64,000 nucleotides of DNA from positions 67,912,089 through 67,976,088 of the forward strand of contig NC_068990.1 in the NCBI RefSeq assembly GCF_001194135.2, written 5' to 3'. The notes under the pieces were generated by a model. That model was not told where the DNA came from, searched no databases, and saw nothing but the letters and a program-made list of their open reading frames with translations. This DNA comes from Octopus bimaculoides (taxonomy: Eukaryota). Shown in pieces: positions 12,748-26,510 of this stretch. The translations under genes were made by a program, and so were the position numbers. Within the stretch, counting starts at the first letter, position 1. Each line of letters starts with the position of its first letter.

Positions 12748-13685
12748 AAATATCTGTTTTAATACATGATTTTGCATCAAGAAGCTTGTGAAATGAATAC
12801 AATGTAACTTTAATTGTTAATTCAATCTAAAATGTTTGCATAATAAGTGGTCTGTCTTAGATGTGTAGGCTATGTTCCATTATGGGTTGCATAGGTAACT
12901 GAAGATGAAGGGCATAAGGGCACAAGGCTAAGTTAGCTTTGGCAGCATTTGAAATTGAAACTGTGAGTTACTGAATTTGTTGTGGTCTTGTTATGCCTAA
13001 TTGAACTGAAGAAGTGGGTGGAGAAGAAGTTAGGAGGCAGAGACGGAGCAGGAGACAGAGATGACGGAGGAGAAGTAAAAGTAGATGTAGACGATGTTGA
13101 TAAAGATAATAATGATGATGACAACAATGATAATGGTAATGATGATGACAATGAAGAGGAGGAGGGGATAATTGATTATGATAAAAGCAATTTTTGTTTG
13201 TTTTTGTCGTTTTCTTTTTATGTCTGGACCAAACAAACACAAGTCTATAAAGTTATTTTTTTCTAAAAAAAAATACAAAACAAAATAAAGAAATACAAGT
13301 AAAATGAATTGATATCAGAAAAATTAATGCTAACTTGTGTTCTGGCTGAACTTCCTATATAGAAACATAGTAGTATTTGTTTTTTGTTATTTGTGTGGTG
13401 AATGAGAGAAAAGTGGTAAGCACAGAGGTGTGTAGTCTCCCCTACTGGGAATTTTTCTGTAAGGAGAATGGGACAAGTAAATTCATTGAAAAGTTAATGA
13501 GATAAAAAACAGTAAAGAAATATAGAAAGAGAAGAAAAAAAAAGGCCAAGTGAAAAAAACTAATTAATTAAAAAGACACAAATCTATTGTTGTCTTTCAC
13601 AATATTTGTTTTCTTGTTTAAATTGTGAATGATAGTGAACCACAAACTTTTTGACTATAGTGAATGGAAGAAGGCTGCTCTGTCA

Positions 13686-13719
<34 letters not shown>

Positions 13720-13722
<3 letters not shown>

Positions 13723-13921
13723 TTTTACTTGTTTCAGTCACTTGACTACCTTTAGTCAAGTAAATCAATCCCAGGACTTATTCTTTGTAAACCTAGTATT
13801 TATTCTCTTGGTCTATTTTGCTGAACCACTAAGTACAGGGATGTAAACACACCACCATTGGTTGTCAAGCGATGTTGAGGGGACAAACACAGACACACAA
13901 ACATATACACACACATACATA

Positions 13922-13992
<71 letters not shown>

Positions 13993-14110
13993 GACTCCTT
14001 CAGTTTTCCTCTACCAAATCCACTCACAAGGCTTTGGTCAGCCTGAGGCTATAGTAGAAAAAACTTGCCCAAAGTGCCATGCAGTGGGACTGACTCCAAG
14101 ACCATAAGGC
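13720..14110 (-). mobile_element. Near full-length SINE family B with internal (TA)n expansion
   Basis: TTTTACTTGTTTCAGTCA 3' end, core TATTCTCTTGGTCTATTTTGCTGAACCACTAAG, and head CCAAAGTGCCATGCAGTGGGACTGA. Confidence 0.8.
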
Positions 14111-14499
14111 TGGTAAGCAAGGGAGAGAAAAAGAGAGAGAGAGATATGTATGTAGGTACCTGTATATATATATACATATATATATATATATGTGTGTGTG
14201 TGTGTAAAATCATCGTTATAATTCTAACATCTATATTTTCATGCTTGAATGGGTCAGAAAGAATTCATTGAAGCAGATTTTTTCTACTGCTGTGACCTGA
14301 CACCCTTTTTGTCACCTGTTACCAAGTAAGGCAATATTTCCTTCATGGCCAAAGATGTTTACATGGAGAATTGGAAATAAAGGACACCACTGGTATGACA
14401 GGGACACTTATTTACAATGACCATGTGATGCCAAAACAAGAAGACACAACCACACCCATACCCTACCCACATACACACATCACAGCCATGGCCTTGGTC

Positions 14500-15440
14500 A
14501 GCCCATGTTTATAGTAGGGGACACAAGTCTAAGGTGTTGGTATCTTCTATTAGAGAAGTTTGCTTCTGAATCATGTGGTTGGTAAACGACTAGCTGTGCA
14601 GAAAAAAAGAGGGGGAGCAGCAAAATAGTAATGATAGTACAGAAGACAAAGAAAGGATGAGAGAGAGATGACATATGGTTGGGTAAGTTGCATGAATAGG
14701 GGAAGAGACAAGTAGAAATAGTATACGAGGTGAGCAAGAGATGCATGGTGATGAAAGGGACATAATTTAGTGGCTCAGTGTGTGAGTGATCAATGTGAAA
14801 TGTGGGTGGAGAGAACAATATTAATAGACGTAGGATGGGTAAGAATTTAAATGATTCAGGGTCTGCAACAGAAATGGTATGAGAAGAATCTGTTATTTAA
14901 ATATCAGGAAAGACAGACATCTTTATAACTTCAATGGTGGACTACTTCATGACCATTGCGTTTTGTTCCAGGAAAAATAGTCTTTTCTTTCTGAGTGGGA
15001 AAACAGATCTTGCTGGTTGGGAGGCTGACTTGCTAGCAATATCCAATCCAGAAGGCTCTTTGAATGCCATGGCATGCACAGAGACCATGAAAACTGCAGA
15101 AACTTCTGAATGAAGATGTTAGTGAACAGATGTGACAGTTGCAAACTGGGGTAAAGGTCAGACTGAAGTGAGTCATTTTGCCACTGAAATGTTGCTAAAT
15201 ATTGCTGCTGTATCCTAATGAACAATGCAGTTGGTAGAAAGTGAACTCTTGTATTCTATAATGCAGTGATAAAGGACAGGAATGGCAACTGTCCAGGAGT
15301 AATTGTGGGTGTCGCCATGTCCATTCTGAGTGATCTATTTTTCTTTTTTGTGCAAGGCCTTCCACATTGAAGATTATGGATAACTTCTAAAAGTCTTTGG
15401 CTTTGCAGTTCTAAAGGAATTTTGACTGCTTAGAATAGAG
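14500..15440 (-). mobile_element. Highly decayed LINE-derived sequence
   Basis: Purine/pyrimidine-skewed decayed sequence similar to other LINE remnants at 5560-6100, 28400-28900 and 37420-37990. No intact frame. Confidence 0.35.
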
Positions 15441-17944
15441 TGTGAAGGTGCTATGTGAGATGCATGAAGGTGTCATGTACTTGTTCAGTATCTATAAAAG
15501 CCTGATTTGTGACTTTATGCTAAATAACTGTTACAATAAGGAGGATAAATCTAGGTATCATCTAAGATTTTATTTGTTTAAAGAAGAACAGAGAGTCTGC
15601 CTTTGTAGTTGTCAAGTGGACATGATTGAACAAGCCTTCTCCCTCTGGCAAAGCACTCACATTCTTCAAGTAAAACATAAACAAAATGGTGAGAGTAGAG
15701 AGAGAAAAACTGGTGCTGCTCTTCAGTAAATCTTATGGAAGGTGAGAATGTGTAGCACAACTGGTGTGGCTAAATGGCTCTACACTAACTACATGACTGT
15801 AGACTAGCAACAAGATCCAGGTGAATGGAATTGCCTTTGGGGTGTCAGGGTGATTTGAGACTCTATGTGCAATGCTACAAATCACTCTTTCACTTGACCC
15901 CCCTCCTTCCCTCTTTTAAAGTAGATGCAATCCTCAATTTAATGTTCAGACATTTTCTATATACTCTAATTGTTTTAGTTAGAATGGTTCATAATTAACT
16001 GCCTCACTAATAAAGTTTTTTTTTTTAAATCTCATTGGCATTAATAAGGGCATCCAACCACAGTAAAATGATGCCAAAGTAAACATTAGAGCATGATGTA
16101 ATTTGTCATATCTTGCCAAGCCATTCAACCCATGCTAGCATGGACTATGGATGTTAAATAATGATGATGAAAGTGAAGATAATGATATGTTGCACTGTAA
16201 TAACTCAGTCCATATATATTAGTTGATTTGTCCATGATATCAATATTGTGAAATGCAAGGCTAAGTGGTTAAATTGTGTGGCTCATGATCATCAGTTTGT
16301 GAATTCAGTTGAGTCCTTAAGCAAGACACTTCATTTCATATTGGTCCCATCTACTCAGCAGTAAATGAGTATCAGTCATATCCTAGTTTTGACCTCTCTC
16401 TCCCCAGTTGTCACATCCTTGATGTTCTAGAGTATCAGAGTTGAAAGGTCAAAAGGGTGTCTATGTAGGCTTATGAATATGATACATAGGCACTTAAAAC
16501 AATTAGCAACAGTATCGTGCATAATTACCAAGGTATACTCACTTAGAAGTGATGGCTCTACAGGCTCTACTTACATCAATATTACTACAAGTTGGGCTTT
16601 TATCTTCCTTTCTTTGCATATATTTGTACATTACACAGGACAACAGCATTATCTTCTACAGCTGTTTCATTTTATGCATGTTTCACATATCTTTCTTTTG
16701 TAAGGAAATAATCTGCCATTTGCATATTTTGGGGAGGAATAGTGTGGAGGGGATGAAGTTGGAGTTGGAGTTGGAATGGTTCAAAAAGTTTTATTGTCAT
16801 ATTTGAAAATATTTAGTCCTGTACAAAGATCACCAACCTATCGCAATAAAATATTATTCTGTATTAACCACATATGCAACAATGAAGAAATACTTTTTGC
16901 TGCTCCAACTTAATATTTTTTGGATATTGACTAATTAAGTGACTTTGATCATAATTTTAAATCATAAAGATTTTTGATTTTCAACTTTCAAGTTTAACCT
17001 TTCCAGTCATAGCTTGTTTCTGTGGGTGCCGATGAGCTAAACACAAACACACTCTTAATTAGCAACTACCTCTCTTCATTGATTAGCAATATTCAACTTT
17101 TTCATATGGCTGTATGTATTAGACAACAATTAAAATATTAAAAATTACGTATGCAGGGAATAAATAAATAAATATAATTATCTGAATGTCTGGCCAATAT
17201 TAAGAAAATAATGAAGTCGTTTACATACAGGTTGCATGCTTGCACACACACAAATACATATGTATAAGTATGTGCAAATGTGTACCCGCATGTGCTTCTT
17301 TATGCATTTATACAAGTGTGTGTGTGTGAGTGTTTGCATAAATTATATGTATGAATAAATGTCATTGTTATATGTTTCTATGTATGTATAAATTACATGT
17401 ATATATGTCATATACACAAATATATGCACATACATACACACATACATACACATATGTATATAGGTACATATGCATACACACATACACACACTTGATTTCT
17501 GTTGGCCTAAAGAAAAAAAAGTATTAAACAGCCCGAATGAAAGAATTATCATTAAATTAAAGTCTTTTGTTCATTCGTTAGATTCTGTTAATTTGGTAGG
17601 CCAAGCAGAAATATTAATTGCAGAGAAGACTATCTATTTCAGATAGTTTAGATGCTTGCAGAATGCAGGCACCATTCTGCTTTTTCTCCACAAAAAATCT
17701 CCATTCATTTCCATTTCCTGGCAATAAATACACAAGATCTAACAAAAACTACAATAGAGACACTGGAATTATTTATAAACCAATCAATCAGACAATAAGG
17801 CAATTATCAGAAGCTTTAATTAAGTCAAAATAATGTGTAAAATATGCTGTATAATATGAAAAGTACAAAGAGAATGTTTTTTTTTTAACCAGTATTGCAA
17901 TCATTACTAATAATACAGATGAAGACATTAATAATAATTTTTTG

Positions 17945-17980
<36 letters not shown>

Positions 17981-17990
17981 GTAGTAGTAA

Positions 17991-18205
17991 TCTTTCTACT
18001 ATTTGCACATAACCTGAAATTTTGGAGGAGGAAGAGGAAGTCAATTATATCGACCCCAGTGCTCAACTGGGACTTATTTCACTAACCCTGAAAGGACAAA
18101 AGGCAAAAACTAACCTTGGCAGAATTTGAACTCAGAACACAAAGACAGACAAAATGGCACTAAGTAATTTGTGCAGGGTGCTAACGATTCTGCCAGCTCA
18201 TTACC
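17991..18205 (-). mobile_element. SINE family A inserted in an (AAT)n tract
   Basis: TCTTTCTACTA...GAATTTGAACTCAGAAC...GCTAACGATTCTGCCAGCTC with (AAT)n on both sides. Confidence 0.85.
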
Positions 18206-18243
18206 ATAATAATAATAATAATGATAATAATAATAATGATAAA

Positions 18244-18869
18244 TAGCTGAGAAGCTCAGGACTCAAAGCAGAGACTGAAGGATTTTTAATTGCTGCACAA
18301 GACCAGAGCCTCCCCACCAGAAATTACCAAAAACACATAATGAAAAGAAATATAACAAGTAACTGTAGAATATGTGGAGATCGACAAGAAACAATAAATC
18401 ATATTATCTCTGGCTGCCCAGTCCTGGCTAAGAAGGAATATATTCACAGACACGACAGAGCTGGGACCTATATACACTGGAAGCTATGCCAACACTATGG
18501 AATAACAACAGAAAAAAGATGGTATAAACACACGCCAGAAAAGGTCACAGAAAACGAGAAAGCAACCATACTCTGGGATNNNNNNNNNNCGAATGTGGAA
18601 TCTAAAAACAGAAACAATTCCTATCATAGTAGGTGCCTTAGGTATAATAAAAAAATATTCAGACAAATACATAACAAAAATACCAGGACTTACAAATATA
18701 TATAACATACAGAAAATTGCACTACTGGGTACTGCACACATTCTACGCAAAACACTTTCAATACAGTAAACATAAGAGCACCACAGCAAACCACAGCACA
18801 TACCCAAGGAGCACAGAGCTGCGCTCGGTAGTGAAGTGAAAGCACGTTATAAAAATAAAACTACTGAAC
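18244..18869 (+). mobile_element. Young 5'-truncated R4/Dong-clade (RLE) non-LTR retrotransposon
   Basis: LRSSGLKAETEGFLIAAQDQSLPTRNY...CRICGDRQETINHIISGC (CCHC knuckle)...ILWD [10-N gap] RMWNLKTETIPIIVGALG...IQKIALLGTAHILRKTLSIQ* (stop 18767-18769). No stops in the sequenced part. 3'UTR ends in (AAT)n and the element is flanked by (AAT)n. Confidence 0.92.
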
Positions 18870-18897
18870 AATAATAATAATAATAATAATAATAATA

Positions 18898-19473
18898 AGG
18901 AATATAAGAGATGCCACAACAAAATAGCCAGGCTTGTCCATTGGACAATTTGCAACAAGTATGAACTTGACAGAGCAAAAAATTGGTACGACCACAAACT
19001 TGAAGACATTGTCGAAAATAAAAATGCAAAGACGTTTGGGATTTTATGATTTAGTGTGACCATGAGATAGAGAATAGGAAGCCAGACATAGTCTTAATTG
19101 AGAAAGAAAACAAACTATGCTGGATCATAGATATAGCATGCCCAGCTGACAACAAGGTATACGATAAAGAAGAGAGAAAAGTCAAGAGATATGGCAGGTT
19201 AGCTTAGAGAGTTAAGCAGTTGTGGTTGATGAAAAAAGTGGTAGTAGTACCAATAATTGTCGGAACTCTAGGAACAGTGAGCAAAAATCTCAAGAAGTAC
19301 ATGGAACAAATAAGGGCTGCAATAAGGGTGGAACACTTGCAGAAAACAGTACTGCCTGGAACCACCCGAATACTCCAGAAGGTGCTCGAAAAATAAGAGG
19401 TGTTACCTTAGTTCACTGGTAGTGAACAGCTGACACCGCAGTAGATCTCCAGTGTTAGAAGCTGTGCAAAGGC
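18898..19473 (+). mobile_element. Second, older R4/Dong-clade fragment with RLE nuclease motif
   Basis: EYKRCHNKIARLVHW...RKPDIVLIEKENKLCWIIDIACPADNKVYDKEERK...VPIIVGTLG...QKTVLPGTTRILQKVLEK*. PD..D..K motif present, with a frameshift and stops; ends in (AAT)n. Confidence 0.9.
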
Positions 19474-19487
19474 AATAATAATAATAA

Positions 19488-20540
19488 TCCTTTCTACTGT
19501 AGGCACAAGGCCTGGATTTTGTAGGGAGTGGGGTCAGTCGATCACATCGCCCCCAGTACTTGAGTTATCGACCCTGAAAGGATGAAAGGCAAAGTCAACC
19601 TTGGCAGAATTTGAACTCAGAATGTAGTGGCAGATGAAATACCACTAAGCATTTCACCCGGTATGCTAACGATTCTGCCAGCTCATTGCAATAATAATAA
19701 TAATAATAATAATAATAATCCTTTCTACTATAGGCACAAGGCCTGAAATTTTGGAGTTGGGGCTAGTTGATTACATTGACCTCAGTACATAAATGGTACT
19801 TATTTTATGGACCCGGAAAGAATGAAAGGCAAAGTTGGCCCTGGAGGAATTTGAACTCACAACATTAAGTCAGCTTTGGCATTTCTCTGGAAGCATGGGT
19901 GTTTTATTCAACATCCTTAAACAACTCTTATTCAGGGACCTTTTGAGCAAGATGGGCTACTTGACCTGAAGACATTTCTACCTGGACCCCACCTGCAAGG
20001 TCATGTGCTGTTTATCTTGATATGAGATCATCATATCATGCACATGTGCCTGGTGTACCATCATCGGACAGGTAGTCATGATGGGTATACTGGGTTTTGT
20101 ACATTTGTACTTCTGTGCCACTTTGATGGCATGTAGTGCTCTCTCACTCAATAATAATAATTCTTTGTAATATAGGCAAAAAGCCTGAAATTTTGGGGGA
20201 GGGGGCTATTTGATTACATTGTTCCCAGTGCTCAACTGACACTTATTTTATTAACCCCAGACAAATAAAAGACAAAGGTCCCCATGGCAGCATTTTAACA
20301 CTGACAGGTGACATGCTGTTAAGCATTTTGCCCAGTGTGCTCATGAGTTTGCCAAGGTGGGTGCAAGGCCAGGAGTTTTGAGGTGATGTAAAGTAGTCAA
20401 TACTATTGCTCCTCATACTTTATCAACCCAGAAGGATAAAAAACAAAGCTGGACTTTAACGGGAATTGAGATCAAAATGTAAAGAGCTGGAAGTAATAAT
20501 GCAAGGCATTCTGTCTACTGTTCTAATATGTAACCCCATA
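19488..20540 (-). mobile_element. Tandem SINE family A copies (about 19488-19690, 19718-19870, 20160-20355, 20360-20540) with an (AAT)-tailed element at 19880-20155
   Basis: Repeated ATCCTTTCTACTATAGGCACAAGGCCTGAAATTTT 3' ends separated by (AAT)n. The intervening plus-strand element ends CTCTCTCACTC(AAT)n. Confidence 0.8.
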
Positions 20541-20554
20541 ATTAACTAATATCA

Positions 20555-21000
20555 TCATCTTTTAACATCTGTTTTCCATGTTAGCAAGGGTTGAACAGTT
20601 CAACTGGAACTGGCAAACAGGAGAGCTGCTCCATATTCCAGTCTGATTTGGCTTGGTTTCTCTGGCTGGATGCCCTTCCCTATGCCAAACACTTTACAGT
20701 GTGTGCTGAGTGCATTTGTGTAACACCAGGAAAGGGCTCTTGCAGGCCAATGCTCTTCAAGCAGGGGGAGTGGCATTAACACTTCAGCTGTGGAGGACAG
20801 GTCTTCTTGAGTACAGCAAGGTGGCAGATCTCTCAGTCCTTTGTCATCTCCTCTATAAAGTATAGTGTCCTAAGGTCATCTTTCAGTACTTCATCCCATA
20901 TACTCCTGGGTCTCCCTCTTCCACAAGTTTCAGCCACTTTGAGTGGTTGGCACTTCTTTATGGAGCTATCAACATCAATCGGAATACATAAATGATAATG
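20555..21000 (-). mobile_element. RTE LINE 3' end (ORF C-terminus plus 3'UTR tail)
   Basis: Minus strand: IKKCQPLKVAETCGRGRPRSIWDEVLKDDLRTL...AVLKKT, followed directly by the tail family. This links the tail family to an RTE LINE. Confidence 0.8.
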
Positions 21001-21059
21001 ACAATATACTAGTATTAGTTAAAGAGATGAAAAGGTAAGATCAGATCATCTTCGTCATC

Positions 21060-21495
21060 ATTTATTAGACATTTCCATGCTTGTAAGGTTCAGACAAAAT
21101 ATATTGAGGAAGATTTTCTACAGCCAGATGCCCTTCCTGTCACCAATGCTCACCTATCTCCATTTACGGCTACATTTCTCTCAGCCCAATGTTTCCATAG
21201 AAGACTGAAAGCAAACAACACTGCTGATATGATGATGATTTTCATTTACAATCACTACATAATGTGAAGACAAAAGTACACACACACAAAAACATGCACA
21301 CATGTACACAGACAGGCAAACACACACACAAACATACATGATCGACTTCTTTTGGTTTCTATCTATCAAATCCACCTACAAGTCTTTGGTCAGTCCATGG
21401 CTATATTGGAGACACTCAAGGTGTCATGTGGTGTGATTGAACCTGAAACTACATGGTTGGGAAGCAAACGTCTTAACCACAGTCATGCCTGTACC
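21060..21495 (-). mobile_element. RTE tail and SINE family B
   Basis: CAGCCAGATGCCCTTCCTG tail motif, then TTTCTATCTATCAAATCCACCTACAAGTCTTTGGTCAG...CTTAACCACAGTCATGCCTG. Confidence 0.7.
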
Positions 21496-21999
21496 TATGA
21501 GATATAAATGGTGAAGCAATTTCGACAAGCTAATTTGCATGACTATTGTCGCTTTCATTATGAAAACCACAGTATGAATGTGTATATTAATCTTGATCTT
21601 CTAGAAAGATTATGACAGTCTACAGCAATCTTTGCTCTTGATATAATGCAGCACACAATATGGAAATTATAAATTTAAGAGTAAAAATGTGTTTGATAAA
21701 TATAAAGGACTGTGTTGCAAATGTAAAGAATCTGATATCCTGTACAAAGAAAAATAGTGTTGCTCTAATAGTGTTACATCAATCATTGGATTAGATAGTT
21801 ACTGCTTACACCTGTTACTACTTAACGCCCAATATCTTGGCTGAATATAATGATACAGGGTTAACACAGCTTATAGAATAACAAAGAACTGAATAAGAAA
21901 ATGAAGAAATTAAATAGAATGTAAGTATGTTCTTATACAAAAGTGGTTTTATGATTTATTAATGATAGAATTGGATGCATGATAGAGACATGTGATATA

Positions 22000-22100
22000 T
22001 AAGAAACTGCTGCTAGCTGTCCAAGATCAGGCACTCAATTTGAACTCCCTGACATAAGTCAACTTGGGGAAGAGATTGCTAAGCTAAATGTTATAATCAG
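22000..22100 (+). mobile_element. Decayed R4-clade fragment
   Basis: KKLLLAVQDQALN resembles GFLIAAQDQSL of the 18.2-kb copy. Confidence 0.45.
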
Positions 22101-22614
22101 CAAATTCAACATGCATTATAAGTTTTGATAATATGTATTCAAATACCCCTTGGTATTTGAATACCAAATATCTATTTCAGATCTCTTCTAAGTGGTACCA
22201 GCATGGCATTGGTAACTTGTAGAAATTGAATGAGAGGAAACAGGGAGCTTTATGGATCAACAAGGCCAGGTCATTAAATCAAAGCAGATTTTAATGTTGT
22301 GAATATCCATTAAAACTGAAACAAATGTTTCCTAATTAAGCAAGTCACATAAGAATTTATAAGGAGAAAAATCATGAGAATGAGGTGAGTAATAAGTTTA
22401 ATCTAAGTTTTAATTGGAGACAAGATATTCATATGAAAAAAAAATGCTGATATTGAGATACTGAGATAAATACACCAGAAAAATCTATATTTCTTTGAAG
22501 TGAAAATATCCACACGAAAAATCTTTCAATTAAAATTTCTTAGATTTGAAAGAAAAAATGATTCTTTTCCTTTCACAACTTCAAAACAAAATGTATAATA
22601 ATAATAATAATAAT

Positions 22615-23065
22615 AATTTCTACTATAGGCACAAGGCCTGAAATTTAGGAGGAGGGGTCAGTCAATTAGATCGACCCCTGCATGCAACTGGTACTTAATT
22701 TATTGACCCCAAAAGGATGAAAGGCTAAGTCGACCTTAGCAGAATTTGATCTCAGATTGTAGCAACTGGTGAAATACCACGAAGCATTTCGTCAGGTGTG
22801 CTAACAATTCTGCCAGCCCACCACCTTAATAATAATAATAATAATAATGGTTTAAATTTTGCCTCAAGGGCAACAATTTTGGAGGAGGGGATGAGTCAAT
22901 TACATCAACCCCAGTGTTCAACTAGTACTTATTTTTATCAACCCCGAAAAGATGAAAGGTAAAGTTGACCTTGGAAGAATTTGAACTCAGAATGTAGAGA
23001 TGGGCAAAATACTGCAAAGCATTTTGCCCTGCATGCTAATGATTCTGCCAGTTCACCACCTTAAT
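22615..23065 (-). mobile_element. Two tandem SINE family A copies joined by (AAT)n
   Basis: About 22615-22828 and 22850-23063; both end on the plus strand in CCAGC..CACCACCTT(AAT)n. Confidence 0.85.
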
Positions 23066-23077
23066 AATAATAACTGT

Positions 23078-23892
<815 letters not shown>

Positions 23893-23894
23893 AT

Positions 23895-25245
23895 GGTTTC
23901 AAATGTTGGCATGGGGCCAACAATTTTGGTGCACAATTGGTACTTACTTTATTGACCCTAAAAAGATGAAAGGCAAAGTCAACCCCAGTAGCACTTGAAA
24001 TTCGAACATAAGGTTGGAAGTAATGATTCTACCAGCTCCCTGCTATGATAATGATAGATTCTCCCATCAAAGACAATTTAATGAGCATTCAGCTTTTGAC
24101 AAGCGACCTGCAAAAATGATTTGTTTATAATGATTAAATGCCTGTGCTGTATATTAGCTCATTCCCCCATCAAGTCGACATTGCCTGGACAGGTACATTG
24201 TGTACCACATCTCAGTGGTCAAAAAGATCACAGAGTAATGTGAAATGGAGTAATTTGCTCAAGAATACAACACACCACCGAGTATAGAAATTGAACTCAT
24301 GATTATGAGATCCTAACCACTAGGTCATCATAATTCCCCCTAACCACTAGGTGATGATGATGATAATAATAATAATAGTAATAAGCACTGATGCAATACC
24401 AGGCAGTGGCTCTCATGGTTTCTGACCTAAATTGATTGGAAATGTTATCATGTACATGTTTCATCTTAATGTAAGAGATGGGCTATAGCAAATATTCTGC
24501 TCAGTACTGCAGATTTACTTGTCAGTCTTAACCAGTCGAGCATGTTCCTTAATACTGATGATATGTGCATCTCTGACCACAAGCAGAAGTAATGGGGGAC
24601 TGTCATAGCCATGGTTTGAGAGGAATTCTCTGGGGTTTGGATAATTCAACCCTAAAAATATGGGTGTTTCATTAATCATCCTTAAACAACCCAGCAAAGT
24701 CAACTGAGGCAGCATTTGAACTCAGACAAATGAAATGCCACTAAGCAGCCAGTAGTAGTAGTAGTAGTCATTGTTGTTGTTGGAACACTAGGTATAGTGA
24801 ACAAAAAACTGAAAAGTGTTAGAAAAGATAGGCATAATAATGTATGTAGAGCAGATCCAGAAAACAACATTATTTGGGAGTGCAAAGAGTCTCCACAAAG
24901 TTCTCCAGACTTTAAAAAGAAAGTTTTAAAAAATCACCTTAATTCATCGGAAGTGAACAGCAGGTGCATTAGTAACACTTCCAGCAACTATATTTCAGAT
25001 ATAGTAACAACAACAATAACAGTAATGATGACTAAATTTTGTTACAAGACCAGCAATTGCAAGGAAGAGGCTAACTTGATTACATTGACCTTAGTGTTCA
25101 ACTGGTACGTATTTTATCGACCTCGAAAGATGAAAGGCAAAGTCAACCTCAGTGGTATTTGAACTCAGAACGTAAAGATGGACAAAATATTGCTAAGCCT
25201 TTTGTCTGACATGCAAATGATTCTGCCAGTTTACCATCCTATACC

Positions 25246-25303
<58 letters not shown>

Positions 25304-25745
25304 TTAATAATAATCCTTTCTACTAAAAGCACAAGGCGTGGAATTTTGGGGGAGGGGATAAATCAATCACATTGATCCCAGTGCTCAACTGGTACTTACT
25401 TTACTGACTCCAAAAGGATGAAAGGTAAAGTCGACCCTAGCGTTACTGGAACTCAGAACGTGAAGACAGATGAAATGCCGCTAAGCATTTTGCCTGGTCC
25501 GCTAACAATTCCTCCAGCCCACTACCAAATTAATAATAATTATAATAATAATAAGGGCTTCAAATTTTTTCCACAAGGGCATCAATTTTGGGGGAAGGGA
25601 CTAGTCAATTACACCGACCTTAGTTTTCAACTGGTACTTATTTTTATCGACTCCAAAAGGATGAGAGGCAAAGTTGACCTCAACAGAATTTTAACTCAAA
25701 ATGGAGTGAAGGGCATGCTGATTCCACCAACACACCAAATTAACA
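23895..25745. mobile_element. Array of SINE A copies (minus), family D 5' part and an R4 C-terminal fragment (plus, 24755-24915)
   Basis: SINE A near 23895, 24690, 25040, 25313 and 25555, separated by (AAT)n. R4 piece reads VVGTLGIVNKKLKSV/IGIIMYVEQIQKTTLFGSAKSLHKVL. Confidence 0.75.
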
Positions 25746-25752
25746 ATAATAT

Positions 25753-25846
25753 TGTTTACATTATTTACAATTGACGGATATTTGTTCTCATCAGGTGCCT
25801 TGGGGAAATTTCTAATCTGGGTTCTCATTCTTAAGGTATTTTTCGA

Positions 25847-25884
<38 letters not shown>

Positions 25885-26219
25885 TCACTGCCTGGAATCG
25901 AACTTGGAACTCTTAACCACTACGCCATATGCCCATGGGCATATGGCGTAGTGGTTAAGAGTGAGGGCTACTAACCCAAGATTCCGAGTTTGATTCCAGG
26001 CAGTGACCTGAATAATGATAATAATAATAATTATAATAACAACAACATCGAAAAATACCTTAGGAATGAGAACCCAGTTTTGAAATTTCCCCAAGACACC
26101 TGATGAAGGCTGGAGGGCATATCAGCTGAAACTTTGTGCTAACAACAAACAAGATGAGGACAAATATCTGTCAAATGTAAATAATGTACATATTTCCTCA
26201 TCTCTTGAATACAGAACTG
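25753..26219. mobile_element. Head-to-head inverted pair of a tRNA-headed element with a Penelope-like, hammerhead-containing tail
   Basis: Perfect spacerless 54-bp palindrome at 25909-25962. Right arm 25936-26219 has A-box TGGCGTAGTGG (25944), anticodon-like GGG-CTACTAA-CCC, B-box GAGTTTGATTCC (25986), an (AAT)n linker and then the tail. Left arm 25753-25935 is the reverse complement with two internal deletions. Confidence 0.88.
26095..26140 (+). ncRNA. Type I hammerhead ribozyme-like motif (probably degraded)
   Basis: GACAC-CTGATGA-a-GGCTG(gagggcatat)CAGCT-GAAA-C-TTT-GTGCT. Core CUGAUGA/GAAA and a 5-bp stem II are present, with an extra A at position 9a. Stem I (GACAC/GTGCT) has one mismatch and the cleavage triplet is non-canonical. 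Confidence 0.6.
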
Positions 26220-26259
26220 TATTAACAATAATAATAATAATAACTATGATAATTATGCT

Positions 26260-26510
26260 ATATAATTGATGGCGCATGCCCCTTTGACCCATGAATAGTC
26301 AAGAAGGAAAGTGAAAAGATAGACAGATACAACCCTCTTCAGTACGAAATAGCCTGGCTATGGAAAATGAAGAAGGTGGAACAGTATCAGAAGGCATCAA
26401 GGGGAATATAAAGGAAACTGAAATAGAGTGCCTGGTAGAACTGTTACAAATGGTTTGCCTCCTTGGCATGGCCAGAATAATCAGGAAATATTAGATAGCT
26501 GAAAAGAACG
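26260..26510 (+). mobile_element. Decayed R4-clade 3' fragment
   Basis: ACPFDP*IVKKESEKIDRYNPLQYEIAWLWKMKKV, the RLE C-terminal pattern; preceded by an (AAT)n tract. Confidence 0.65.

Noticed and set aside
12982-13266. Acidic D/E/N-rich ORF; similar ones at 36793-37141 and 40603-41013
   Set aside because: Degenerate trinucleotide repeats with no convincing splice sites or homology.
17614-17738. Possible terminal exon on minus (tttttgttAG|, phase 1, LVYLLPGNGNEWRFFVEKKQNGACILQASKLSEIDSLLCN*), phase-compatible with the WAP exon
   Set aside because: Only 40 codons, no sushi cysteine pattern or other recognisable homology; expected by chance in 35 kb. Needs RNA-seq.
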